The notes beneath the pieces are model-generated. The model was not told the DNA's origin. It did no database searches and saw only the letters and a program-made list of their open reading frames with translations. 64,000 bases of DNA from Chloroflexota bacterium (GTDB taxonomy: Bacteria > Chloroflexota > Dehalococcoidia > Lucifugimonadales > UBA3495): contig VXOH01000101.1 of NCBI GenBank assembly GCA_009840135.1, forward strand, positions 8,106 to 72,105. Reading direction: 5' to 3'. This document shows, in pieces, positions 54,733 through 64,000 of the stretch. Numbering within the stretch: position 1 is the first letter of the stretch; the number at the start of each line of letters is the position of its first letter. A program made the translations under genes and the position numbers.

Positions 54733-56787
54733 ATGGTCCCTCCCGGCGACATTTTCGGCATTATTCCCGTGTGGGTTGGCGTGTACCTGGCTCTAATCGC
54801 CACCCAGGCTTTGGCCGGCTGGCTGGCCTACAAGCGGGTCATTCACCTCATCCGCCAGGGTCGCAGCGTGGCCCGATTTGACCGGCCCTGGACACGGCTC
54901 ACCGGCGCCATCAGCATTGTCCTGGGGCAGCGCAAGGTTCTGCAGAGGGTAGGCTCTCTCGACGCCCGAAGCCGCAGCCTGGACCTGGCGGGACTGGGGC
55001 ATGCCTTCGTTTTTTGGGGATTCCTTTCCTTCTCGCTCAGTTATGTAATCTTCATTTTTGCCGGTTCGATTTGGCACTCTTTCCCCGAGCTATTGTTGAC
55101 CGGCGCCGGCGTCAAGGTTTACAGCATATATCTGGACCTGTATGCGGTCCTTATCCTCGCCATTTTGGTATGGATGCTGGCCCGCCGCTGGGCGGCCCAA
55201 CCCTATCGCCTCAGCTTCGACTTGACTCGCAATATTGACGCCGTAATTGTGGTGGGCCTGACGGCGAGCCTGATGGTGGCCACCCTGTTGGTTCACGCTT
55301 TCTACGTGGCCGCCGGGGGCGAGGGTCCCGAGGCCGCGGTGTTGGCCGGCGGTATCTTGTCGAATGCCCTAACGGGCGCAGGGCTGACGGCAGGGGCAGC
55401 GGAAGTCCTGCACGCAATCTTCTGGTGGCTCCATCTTGGGATAATCCTTGGCTTTGGAATCTACGTTCCCACCTCCAAGCACATACACATGCTGGGCGCG
55501 CCGCTGAATGCCTATTTCCGGTCCCTGGAGCCCAGGGGCGCTATGGACGCCATTGACCTGGAAAACGCCGAGCGGTTTGGCGCCGGCCGAGTTCAGGATT
55601 TTACCTGGAAGCAATTGCTGGACGGTTATGCCTGCGCCGTCTGCGGACGCTGCACCGACGCCTGCCCTGCCAACACCACCGGCAAGATTCTCTCTCCCAT
55701 GCACATTGTCGAGAACATTAAGGACCACATGCTCACCATCGGCCACCAGGGGCCACGGGACCCGGAACATGTGGAGCCCACGCCCATCATTGACCACGCC
55801 ATCCCCGAGCAGATGATCTGGGACTGCGTTTCCTGCGGCGCTTGCATGGAGGAATGCCCGGTGGTGGTAGAACACATCCCCACCATTATGGACCTGCGCC
55901 GCAATCTGGTACTGGAAGAGTCCCGCATCCCGGAAACGGGAATGAACGCGCTGCTCAGCATGGAGCAGCGGGGCCACCCCTGGCGGGGCACCCAGTTCTC
56001 CCGCACCGACTGGGCCGAGGGACTGGACGTGCCGACGCTGGCCGAGAAACCGGATGCGGAGATACTGTTCTGGGTGGGCTGCACCGCCGCCCTGGAACAG
56101 CGCAGCCAGGGCACGGCCCGATCCATGGTCAAGGTTCTCAAGTCCGCAGGTGTGGATTTTGCCATCCTGGGCGATGAAGAGACCTGCACCGGAGACCCGG
56201 CCCGACGCATGGGCAACGAGTACCTGTTCCAGATACTGGCCGCCCAGAACATTGAAGTGCTGAACGGATACAACGTAAGGAAGATAGTTACCATCTGTCC
56301 TCACTGCTTCAACACCATGCGGAACGAGTATCCCCAGTTCGGCGGCCAATTCGAAGTGCTGCACTACAGCCAGCTCGTTGATGAACTTATTCAGCAGGGT
56401 CGGGTCAAACCCATCAAGATGATGAACATGGACATGGCCTATCATGACTCGTGCTTCCTTGGCCGGCACAACGGCATTTATGACCAGCCCCGAAACATAG
56501 CCAGGTCAATTCCGGGCCTCAAGCTGGTGGAAATGTCTCCCCGATGCCGTGAACGGGGGTTTTGCTGCGGCGCCGGCGGCGGGCACATGTGGATCGAGGA
56601 AAGCCAGGGACAGCGCATCAACCACGCCCGCACCGACCACTTCCTGGAGACCCAGGCGGATACGGTAGGGGTATCTTGTCCCTTCTGCCTGCAGATGATG
56701 ACGGAGGGAATCCAGGCCAAGGGAGAAGACCAGGACAAGCAGGCCAGGGATGTGCTGGAGATTCTGGCCGACAGCCTGGGTGACTAG
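54733..56787 (+). CDS. membrane-anchored Fe-S oxidoreductase: His-rich polytopic N-domain fused to 2x[4Fe-4S] and two CCG (HdrD/DsrK/GlpC-like) domains
   Basis: CAVCGRCTDACP and CVSCGACMEECP ferredoxin motifs. A CCG-type motif, FCCGAGGG. The N-terminal ~260 aa has 5-6 TM helices with conserved-looking His residues (HAFVFWG, HAIFWWLHLG, SKHIHML). Confidence 0.8.
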   Translation: MVPPGDIFGIIPVWVGVYLALIATQALAGWLAYKRVIHLIRQGRSVARFDRPWTRLTGAISIVLGQRKVLQRVGSLDARSRSLDLAGLGHAFVFWGFLSFSLSYVIFIFAGSIWHSFPELLLTGAGVKVYSIYLDLYAVLILAILVWMLARRWAAQPYRLSFDLTRNIDAVIVVGLTASLMVATLLVHAFYVAAGGEGPEAAVLAGGILSNALTGAGLTAGAAEVLHAIFWWLHLGIILGFGIYVPTSKHIHMLGAPLNAYFRSLEPRGAMDAIDLENAERFGAGRVQDFTWKQLLDGYACAVCGRCTDACPANTTGKILSPMHIVENIKDHMLTIGHQGPRDPEHVEPTPIIDHAIPEQMIWDCVSCGACMEECPVVVEHIPTIMDLRRNLVLEESRIPETGMNALLSMEQRGHPWRGTQFSRTDWAEGLDVPTLAEKPDAEILFWVGCTAALEQRSQGTARSMVKVLKSAGVDFAILGDEETCTGDPARRMGNEYLFQILAAQNIEVLNGYNVRKIVTICPHCFNTMRNEYPQFGGQFEVLHYSQLVDELIQQGRVKPIKMMNMDMAYHDSCFLGRHNGIYDQPRNIARSIPGLKLVEMSPRCRERGFCCGAGGGHMWIEESQGQRINHARTDHFLETQADTVGVSCPFCLQMMTEGIQAKGEDQDKQARDVLEILADSLGD

Positions 56788-57018
56788 AGATCCCGGTATC
56801 GTTCGACCCTGTTCAACATCCTGACGGCAACTGCATTTACCCGGGGTCCTGAATCTCGAACCTTTACGCCGTCTCTCCGGTTGGACGAGTTACTGATGGC
56901 CAGGCTGATAGCACTGCTGGCTTTGGGAGCCTCAGGGGGTTGTAGCGGATTGGCCTCTGTAAAGTCATCACTTCACAGCAATCTTGGAAGTCGCAAGGGA
57001 AATGCCTGACAGCGCCTC

Positions 57019-57915
57019 ATGGCCAGGCTGGTTTCAGCAGCAACGGTGGTGGTTGCCCTGTTCGCCTTTTCGGTGTCGGGCATGAAGCTGCTGGAAAGCC
57101 TGGAGTGGAGGTACATATTTTTCCCCACCTCCCAGATAGAGTTGACGCCGGGGGAACTGGGAGCTCCTTACGAGGAATTCTCCATAACCACCGAAGATGG
57201 AGAGACCCTTAACGGATGGTTTGTACCGGCATCTTCTTACGGAGGCAAGACGCCAGCGTTTACGCTTCTGTGGTTCCACGGCAACGGAGGCAACCTCGGC
57301 CACCGGGCAGAGGATGTAGTCCGGTTGACCCGCCGGCTGAACGTCAACGTTTTCATATTCGATTACCGGGGATACGGGAAAAGCACGGGGAGTCCAACCG
57401 AACAGGGGGTTTACATTGATGCCAGGGCCGCTCTGTCGTTCCTCAATGGACGCGACGATGTTCCTGAAGGGGGCATCGTTTTCCTTGGCAGGTCCCTTGG
57501 CACGGCCGTAGCCGTCGAACTTGCCGCGTCTTTGCCGGAAGAGTCTCAACCGGCAGGAATAATCCTGGTTTCTCCCCTCACGAGCACCCGGGATGTTGCC
57601 AGGGTAAGCAACCGTTTCAATCCTTTGAGATTCCTGGTTCCGGACAGGTTCAACAGCCTGTCACGCATATCTCAGATAGAAAGGCCGATCCTGGTGGTTC
57701 ATAGCGACAGGGATGAGATGATCCCCCTGGAACAGGCAGAGAGATTGCACGCGGCGGCCAATCACCCAAAAAGCTTCTACCTGTGGAGCGGCGCCGGACA
57801 CAACGATCACTTCGACCTTTTCCAAGGGGGGTTGTGGAGGGCACTGGAGGATTTCCTGATGTCCCTGCCGGTGCCTACGAATACTGATCCGGCCCAAGGC
57901 CAAAACTCTCCCTGA
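57019..57915 (+). CDS. alpha/beta hydrolase (membrane-anchored, Bem46/ABHD-like)
   Basis: N-terminal TM helix, HGNGGN, nucleophile elbow GRSLG, later HSDRDEMIP and GAGHND. Confidence 0.8.
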   Translation: MARLVSAATVVVALFAFSVSGMKLLESLEWRYIFFPTSQIELTPGELGAPYEEFSITTEDGETLNGWFVPASSYGGKTPAFTLLWFHGNGGNLGHRAEDVVRLTRRLNVNVFIFDYRGYGKSTGSPTEQGVYIDARAALSFLNGRDDVPEGGIVFLGRSLGTAVAVELAASLPEESQPAGIILVSPLTSTRDVARVSNRFNPLRFLVPDRFNSLSRISQIERPILVVHSDRDEMIPLEQAERLHAAANHPKSFYLWSGAGHNDHFDLFQGGLWRALEDFLMSLPVPTNTDPAQGQNSP

Positions 57916-58015
57916 AGTTCACACACAGGGATCTCCCGGGGCAACGAATTCAGCGGGAGCATCGCCCACCGCACATTCCATGTTCATGAGATCGCCCCTC
58001 ACTCACTGGAATGGC

Positions 58016-58309
58016 TCAAACTCCGGATATAATCTCCACCTGGTAATCCAGCAATTCCAGGTCGGGCCTCGTCTCCTCCACAAATGACACTACCTGGGAA
58101 AGCATGGAGTTGGCGTGAGCCGCTTCGCTGCTGGCGGCGCACACCAAAAGGGTCAGCCGTTGCCACACTTCGTCCTCGGTGTCCTCTGCCGCCGCCACGT
58201 TGAACTTGTTCCGGATACGTGCCGACAGGGACCGAGCCACCTGGCGCCTGTCTTTCAGGCTCTGGGCTTCGGGAAGGTACAGGAACAGTCGGGCGGCCCC
58301 TATGTGCAA
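58016..58309 (-). CDS. DUF503 (YlxP-like) protein
   Basis: 97 aa; MHIGAARLFLYLPEAQSLKDRRQVARSLSARIRNKFNVAAAE is the typical DUF503 pattern. Confidence 0.8.
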   Translation of the reverse strand: MHIGAARLFLYLPEAQSLKDRRQVARSLSARIRNKFNVAAAEDTEDEVWQRLTLLVCAASSEAAHANSMLSQVVSFVEETRPDLELLDYQVEIISGV

Positions 58310-58397
58310 GCTGTCACTCCTCTCTAGTCCTCAATCTGCGCGGCGAGCCCCGGTAACTCCGCGGCACACTATCCATTTTCTGTCGAGGTATTCCTTC

Positions 58398-58426
58398 TTG
58401 ACGCATTAGCGGCAACGCTATAGATT
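58398..58426 (+). promoter_or_regulatory. candidate rex promoter (TTGACG-17-TAGATT)
   Basis: -35 at 58398-58403, 17-nt spacer, -10 at 58421-58426. Confidence 0.5.
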
Positions 58427-58554
58427 GTAAACCAAAGTTCGGCGATAAACACCGCTCTGGCCACGGAATGGTTGGTGTCCCGTGCCAGGGCGCCCAGGGC
58501 CCAACTTAATCCGCAATTCGGCGCCTCCACCTCAAGCGAAACGAGCAACTGGGA

Positions 58555-59220
58555 ATGTCAGAAAGCTATCCGCAAGTCTTTCAAGAACGACCCGAAGTCC
58601 CCGATGTAGTTGTAAGCCGGCTCCCCCAATACGTTCGAACTCTCAGCCAGCTATTATCGGAGGGAGTACAGATTGCCAATTCCCAGCAACTGGGGGAGAA
58701 GCTGCAAATTACCCCGGCCCAAATCCGCAAGGACCTGAGCTATTTTGGACGATTCGGGAAGCAGGGGCGCGGCTACAGGGTTGATCATCTACTGGAGGAA
58801 CTGAAGCAGATACTGGGGCTGAACGTTACCTGGAACGTAGCCGTGGTGGGAGTGGGGCGGCTGGGCCGGGCCATCCTGAATTACCCAGGCTTCACCCCCG
58901 ATGGCTTTCAGTTGGTAGCCGCATTGGACGACAACCCGTCGGTGGTGGGCCAGCAAGTAGGCGGTCTGACGGTTCTGCCCGTGTCCCATTTGGCGGACGT
59001 CGTGGCCCGCTACCAGGTGAGCATAGCCATCGTTGCGGTTCCCATAGCCTACACCCAGCAGGTGGTGGACCGGGTGGTGGAGTGTGGAATCCAGGCCATC
59101 CTCAATTACGCGCCCATAATGCCCCAGGTTCCCGAGGGCGTGAACGTCCGCAGCATTGATCCCGTCCTTTCCCTGCAGTCTATGACGTATTACCTGGCCA
59201 ACGGGGTCTCGCCGGAATAG
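58555..59220 (+). CDS. rex: redox-sensing transcriptional repressor Rex
   Basis: RLPQYVRTLSQL ... ITPAQIRKDLSYFGRFGKQGRGY ... VAVVGVGRLGRAILNY (Rossmann fold). Confidence 0.9.
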   Translation: MSESYPQVFQERPEVPDVVVSRLPQYVRTLSQLLSEGVQIANSQQLGEKLQITPAQIRKDLSYFGRFGKQGRGYRVDHLLEELKQILGLNVTWNVAVVGVGRLGRAILNYPGFTPDGFQLVAALDDNPSVVGQQVGGLTVLPVSHLADVVARYQVSIAIVAVPIAYTQQVVDRVVECGIQAILNYAPIMPQVPEGVNVRSIDPVLSLQSMTYYLANGVSPE

Positions 59221-59250
59221 CAGCCCATAGCGACCAGAGCGGAACAAAAC

Positions 59251-59279
59251 AAGGGCGCCGACTCTGCATCGGCGCCCTT
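59251..59279. terminator. bidirectional terminator between rex and atpC
   Basis: AAGGGCGCCGA (59251-59261) pairs perfectly with TCGGCGCCCTT (59269-59279). T-rich flanks on both strands. Confidence 0.8.
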
Positions 59280-59308
59280 GGCAATTTTGCCGCATCTAGT
59301 GGGTAGAT

Positions 59309-59758
59309 TCAGCCGCCAGGCTGACTGCTCACCGTGGTACGCATATCGCCCCGGGGACGCCGGCGGCGAACTATGTTCAACCGTACCTGGGCGCGCCGCA
59401 ACGAACTCAACGCCTCGGCTAGCTCGGCCTCGGTACCTTGATTGCGAATACGCTCCTGGGCCCGCTCCATGGCAGCCTGGGCCCGTTCCTCGCTGATTTC
59501 CTCGGTGTATTCACAGGTTTCGGCCAGGATGGTCACCCTGTTGGCCATCACTTCCATGAACCCGCCGGATACGGCCAGGTATGAAGGTTCCCCACCCTTT
59601 CTTACCAGGATTTCTCCCGGCTGCAGGGCAGTCATCAACGGGGCGTGGTGCGGCAGAATGCCAAGCTGCCCCTCAACGCCGGGGGCAACAACGATATCCA
59701 CGTCGTCGGAATAAACTTCCCGCTCAGCGGTGATAATTTCCAGTCGCATGGGGGCCAT
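59309..59758 (-). CDS. atpC: F0F1 ATP synthase subunit epsilon
   Basis: RLEIITAEREVYSDDVDIVVAPGVEGQLGILPHHAPLMTAL ... and its position after atpD. Confidence 0.9.
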   Translation of the reverse strand: MAPMRLEIITAEREVYSDDVDIVVAPGVEGQLGILPHHAPLMTALQPGEILVRKGGEPSYLAVSGGFMEVMANRVTILAETCEYTEEISEERAQAAMERAQERIRNQGTEAELAEALSSLRRAQVRLNIVRRRRPRGDMRTTVSSQPGG

Positions 59759-59793
59759 AATCTTGGACGCTCCTCACTCTAACCGGTTAATGC

Positions 59794-61254
<1,461 letters not shown>

Positions 61255-62118
61255 TCAGCCCTCCAGGGCAATCTGGCCGCCAACCAGGTCCAGCAATTCG
61301 TTAGTAATACTGTCCTGGCGCAGCTTGTTCATCACCAGGGTCAGGTCATCCGCCAGGGACTTGGCATTGTCGGTAGCGTTCCGCATCGCCACCATACGAG
61401 CGGACTGTTCGCTGGCTATGGATTCGAGCATGGCGTGGTAAACCTCCATGTCCACGAACTGGGGCAGGAGGGAACCCAATACCGTCAAGGTGTCCGGTTC
61501 ATAGATGTAACCCGACCGGTCCGTGGCAGACAGTTCCGCCGGGGACACCGGCAGCAGCTTTTCCACCACGGGCTCCTGGGACATGGTGGAAATGAACCTG
61601 GTGTAAACGAGATAGACCTCGTCCATTTCCCCTTCCAGGAAGTTGTCAATAAGCATGCGGGAGATGGGCAGCGTGTCCGCCACCAGCGGACGGTCGCCCA
61701 GGTCAGCGAAGACGGCCAGCAGGTCCTGGCCGTAGCGGGCCATGAAGTCGCGGCCCTTGCGTCCGACGGCAATGCTCCGGGTGGGGGCAGACTGGTCCAG
61801 GATGAACTGGGCCACGCGGCGGTTGACGGTGGAGTGCATGCCACCGGCCAGGCCGCGGTCCGGCGTGATGGCCAGCAGCCCGATACGGTTGACGGGCCTT
61901 ACCTCCAGCAAGGGGTGCAGGGCCTCGCCGTCTTCCGCTGGCTGGGCGGCAAGGTGCGCGATCACCTCGTAGATTTTCTCGGCATAGGGACGGCCCTGCA
62001 ACACGGAATTCTGGGCCCGGCGCATTTTGGAGGCGGCTATCAACGACATGGCGTTGGTAACCTTGCCGGTGTTCTCCACGCTGCGGATTCGTCGCCTTAT
62101 GTCGCGTACGCTTGGCAT
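61255..62118 (-). CDS. atpG: F0F1 ATP synthase subunit gamma
   Basis: MPSVRDIRRRIRSVENTGKVTNAMSLIAASKMRRAQ ... LTLVMNKLRQDSITNELLDLVGG. Confidence 0.95.
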   Translation of the reverse strand: MPSVRDIRRRIRSVENTGKVTNAMSLIAASKMRRAQNSVLQGRPYAEKIYEVIAHLAAQPAEDGEALHPLLEVRPVNRIGLLAITPDRGLAGGMHSTVNRRVAQFILDQSAPTRSIAVGRKGRDFMARYGQDLLAVFADLGDRPLVADTLPISRMLIDNFLEGEMDEVYLVYTRFISTMSQEPVVEKLLPVSPAELSATDRSGYIYEPDTLTVLGSLLPQFVDMEVYHAMLESIASEQSARMVAMRNATDNAKSLADDLTLVMNKLRQDSITNELLDLVGGQIALEG

Positions 62119-62210
62119 GCTCTTCTTTCTTCAATCCACCACTGGACGCCAATTACCACTATTGAACGACATCGGGTCAGTGATAATCGCGCCTGTTGGT
62201 GGACTATTCC

Positions 62211-63719
62211 TTAACTAAACGTCGCCTTGAAGTTGTTGATGGCCTCGGTCAATTGGGCGGCCAGATCCTCGGGCAGGTTGCCGCTGCCAGCTATGGCCTC
62301 GCCAATCTCCGGGTGGGCGCTGCCCATGTGCTCCAGCAACTGTTCCTCAAAAGCGCCGACCCGTTCCAGGGGCACGTCATCCGTCAGGCCCGCGTTAATG
62401 GCATAAAGGACAATTACTTCCTGCTCCAGCCGCAGGGGCCGGTACTGGGGCTGCTTCAAAACCTCGGTGGACAACTGCCCCCGGGCCAACTGGGCCCGTG
62501 TGGCAGCATCCAGGTCTGAAGTGCCGAACTGGGCAAAGCTGGCCAATTCGCGATACTGGGCCAGATCCAGGCGCAACCGACCGGCCACCTGGCGGATTGC
62601 CCGGGTCTGGGCTGCGCCACCGACGCGGGACACGGAAAGACCGACGTTTACGGCGGGGCGAATGCCAATGTTGAACAGTTCCGGCTCCAGGTAAATCTGG
62701 CCGTCCGTAATAGAAATCACGTTAGTGGGAATATAGGCCGACACGTCACCGGCCTGGGTTTCAATAATGGGCAATGCGGTAATCGAGCCGCCGCCGTGCT
62801 CCTGGTCCAGCTTGGCTGCTCTTTCCAGCAGACGGCTGTGTAGGTAGAAAACATCGCCGGGGTAGGCTTCGCGGCCGGCCGGGCGGCGCAGGAGCAGGGA
62901 CATCTGGCGATAGGCCCAGGCGTGCTTGGTCAGGTCGTCGTAAACTACCAGCACATCCTTGCCCTGGTCCATGAATTCTTCGGCCATGGCGCAACCGGCA
63001 TAGGGGGCAATGAACTGCAACGGGGCTGAATCGGAGGCGCCGGCGTTGACCACGATGGTGTGGCCCATGGCGTCATTTTCTTCCAGGATGCCCACAACCT
63101 GGGCAACCTTGCCCTGCTTCTGGCCGATGGCAACGTAGATGCAGATGAGGTCGCCGCCCCGCTGGTTGATAATGGTATCCAGCGCTATGGCGGTCTTGCC
63201 CGTGGAGCGGTCGCCGATGATCAGTTCCCGCTGGCCCCGGCCTATGGGAATCATGGCGTCAATGGCCTTGATTCCGGTCTGCACCGGGGTATCCACTGAC
63301 TGGCGCACCACCACGTTGGGAGCCACCTGCTCCACCGCCCTGGAGCCCGAGGTGCTGATGGGGCCCTTGCCGTCCAGCGGCCGGCCCAGGGGGTCAACGA
63401 CCCGCCCGATCAGCGCGTCACCTACGGGAATCTCAATAATCTGGCCGGTGGAACGGACCCGGTCGCCCTCTTTGATTATGTTGGCATCGCCCAGAATGGC
63501 GGCGCCCACAATGTCGGACTCCAGGTTCAGGGCCAGGCCCAGAATGTCATTGCCAAAATCCAGCAACTCGTTGGAGCGCACGCCCTGCAAGCCCTGGATG
63601 CTGGCGATACCGTCACCCACCTGGACCACGGTACCTACGTCCACCAGGCTCAAATCACCGCCAAATTCCTCGATTTGACGACGGATAAGAGAAACGATTT
63701 CCTGACCCCTGATCGCCAT
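62211..63719 (-). CDS. atpA: F0F1 ATP synthase subunit alpha
   Basis: [11 protein letters not shown] Walker A and IYVAIGQK. Confidence 0.97.
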   Translation of the reverse strand: MAIRGQEIVSLIRRQIEEFGGDLSLVDVGTVVQVGDGIASIQGLQGVRSNELLDFGNDILGLALNLESDIVGAAILGDANIIKEGDRVRSTGQIIEIPVGDALIGRVVDPLGRPLDGKGPISTSGSRAVEQVAPNVVVRQSVDTPVQTGIKAIDAMIPIGRGQRELIIGDRSTGKTAIALDTIINQRGGDLICIYVAIGQKQGKVAQVVGILEENDAMGHTIVVNAGASDSAPLQFIAPYAGCAMAEEFMDQGKDVLVVYDDLTKHAWAYRQMSLLLRRPAGREAYPGDVFYLHSRLLERAAKLDQEHGGGSITALPIIETQAGDVSAYIPTNVISITDGQIYLEPELFNIGIRPAVNVGLSVSRVGGAAQTRAIRQVAGRLRLDLAQYRELASFAQFGTSDLDAATRAQLARGQLSTEVLKQPQYRPLRLEQEVIVLYAINAGLTDDVPLERVGAFEEQLLEHMGSAHPEIGEAIAGSGNLPEDLAAQLTEAINNFKATFS

Positions 63720-63794
63720 GGGGGACTCTCCTTAATAACGAATGTACGCCGTGGCCGGTTCACCGACCGGCCGGCAACCCGGCCCCGGCTTCAC

Positions 63795-64000
63795 CTAACC
63801 GGACGCAGCTTCGGCTCGTATTTGTCGTCGCAACACTTCCAGCTTGGAACGTGTGCTGCCGTCCAGCAAGCGGTCACCGATCTGAACAACCATACCACCC
63901 AGTATGGACTCATCCACCCGGGTGGACATGACCACCTCCCGCTGGACCAGGTCGGCCACAAACTGCCGAATGCGCTCGGCCTCGGCGGGGCCCAGTTCCA
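63795..64000 (-). CDS. atpH: F0F1 ATP synthase subunit delta (OSCP), C-terminal fragment (5' end outside window)
   Basis: Manual translation of the minus strand from 63998 gives ELGPAEAERIRQFVADLVQREVVMSTRVDESILGGMVVQIGDRLLDGSTRSKLEVLRRQIRAEAASG, then stop (CTA at 63795-63797). It is absent from the ORF track because there is no start in the window. Confidence 0.85.
   Translation of the reverse strand, partial: ELGPAEAERIRQFVADLVQREVVMSTRVDESILGGMVVQIGDRLLDGSTRSKLEVLRRQIRAEAASG

Noticed and set aside
58310-58554. Search for a Rex operator (TTGTGAA-N4-TTCACAA type) upstream of rex, the Fe-S gene and atpC.
   Set aside because: Only a weak half-site-like ATTGTAAACCAAAGTTCGG occurs after the -10 at 58425-58443. 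There is no convincing palindrome, and the atp operon promoter lies outside the window.

Overview
This is a GC-rich (about 60% by eye, not computed), densely coding bacterial chromosomal segment. I found no rRNA, tRNA, CRISPR array, integrase, transposase or prophage genes. I call about 52 protein genes.

Housekeeping anchors:
- The F1 part of the ATP synthase operon (atpH-A-G-D-C, minus strand) runs off the right edge, next to rex and a DUF503 gene.
- Also present are rph, comEC, comEA, rsmI, a cyclophilin and rmuC.

Most of the window is an oxidoreductase/catabolic toolkit:
- five luciferase-like (LLM) flavin monooxygenase paralogs
- an HpaB-type monooxygenase
- a Rieske oxygenase fragment at the left edge
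- five VOC/glyoxalase-fold genes
- two PF04909-type amidohydrolases
- one FAH-family, one M20, one atypical SDR and one ThDP enzyme
- transporters: a PutP-like symporter, two MFS paralogs, a CPA2 antiporter, an ABC exporter and an orphan solute-binding protein

Rex is the only transcription factor I recognise in 64 kb. The gene content plus the REP-like FDKLR/VSLSNHE-type repeats suggests Chloroflexota, possibly SAR202-like. That is inference only.

Items that stand out:
1. An orphan 639-aa protein with a coiled-coil, a hyper-acidic linker and a toxin-like C-terminal strand motif. A terminator-like leader lies upstream of it.
2. A signal-less DUF1800-DUF1501-NHL operon with structured spacers.
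3. Two unrelated pairs of diverged intra-window paralogs of unknown function. One has an E-[VL]-LRFDC...H-x-H core. The other is a small 2-TM protein with a W-x-x-WY-x-RMQ-x-AQR-x-G-x-PF-x-EPPP tail and shared upstream motifs.
4. A (CTGG)11 microsatellite that forms the 5' leader of a VOC operon.
5. A 195-bp MITE-like insertion with 15-bp terminal inverted repeats and a 10-bp target duplication.

All functional calls come from reading the translations. No database search was run.
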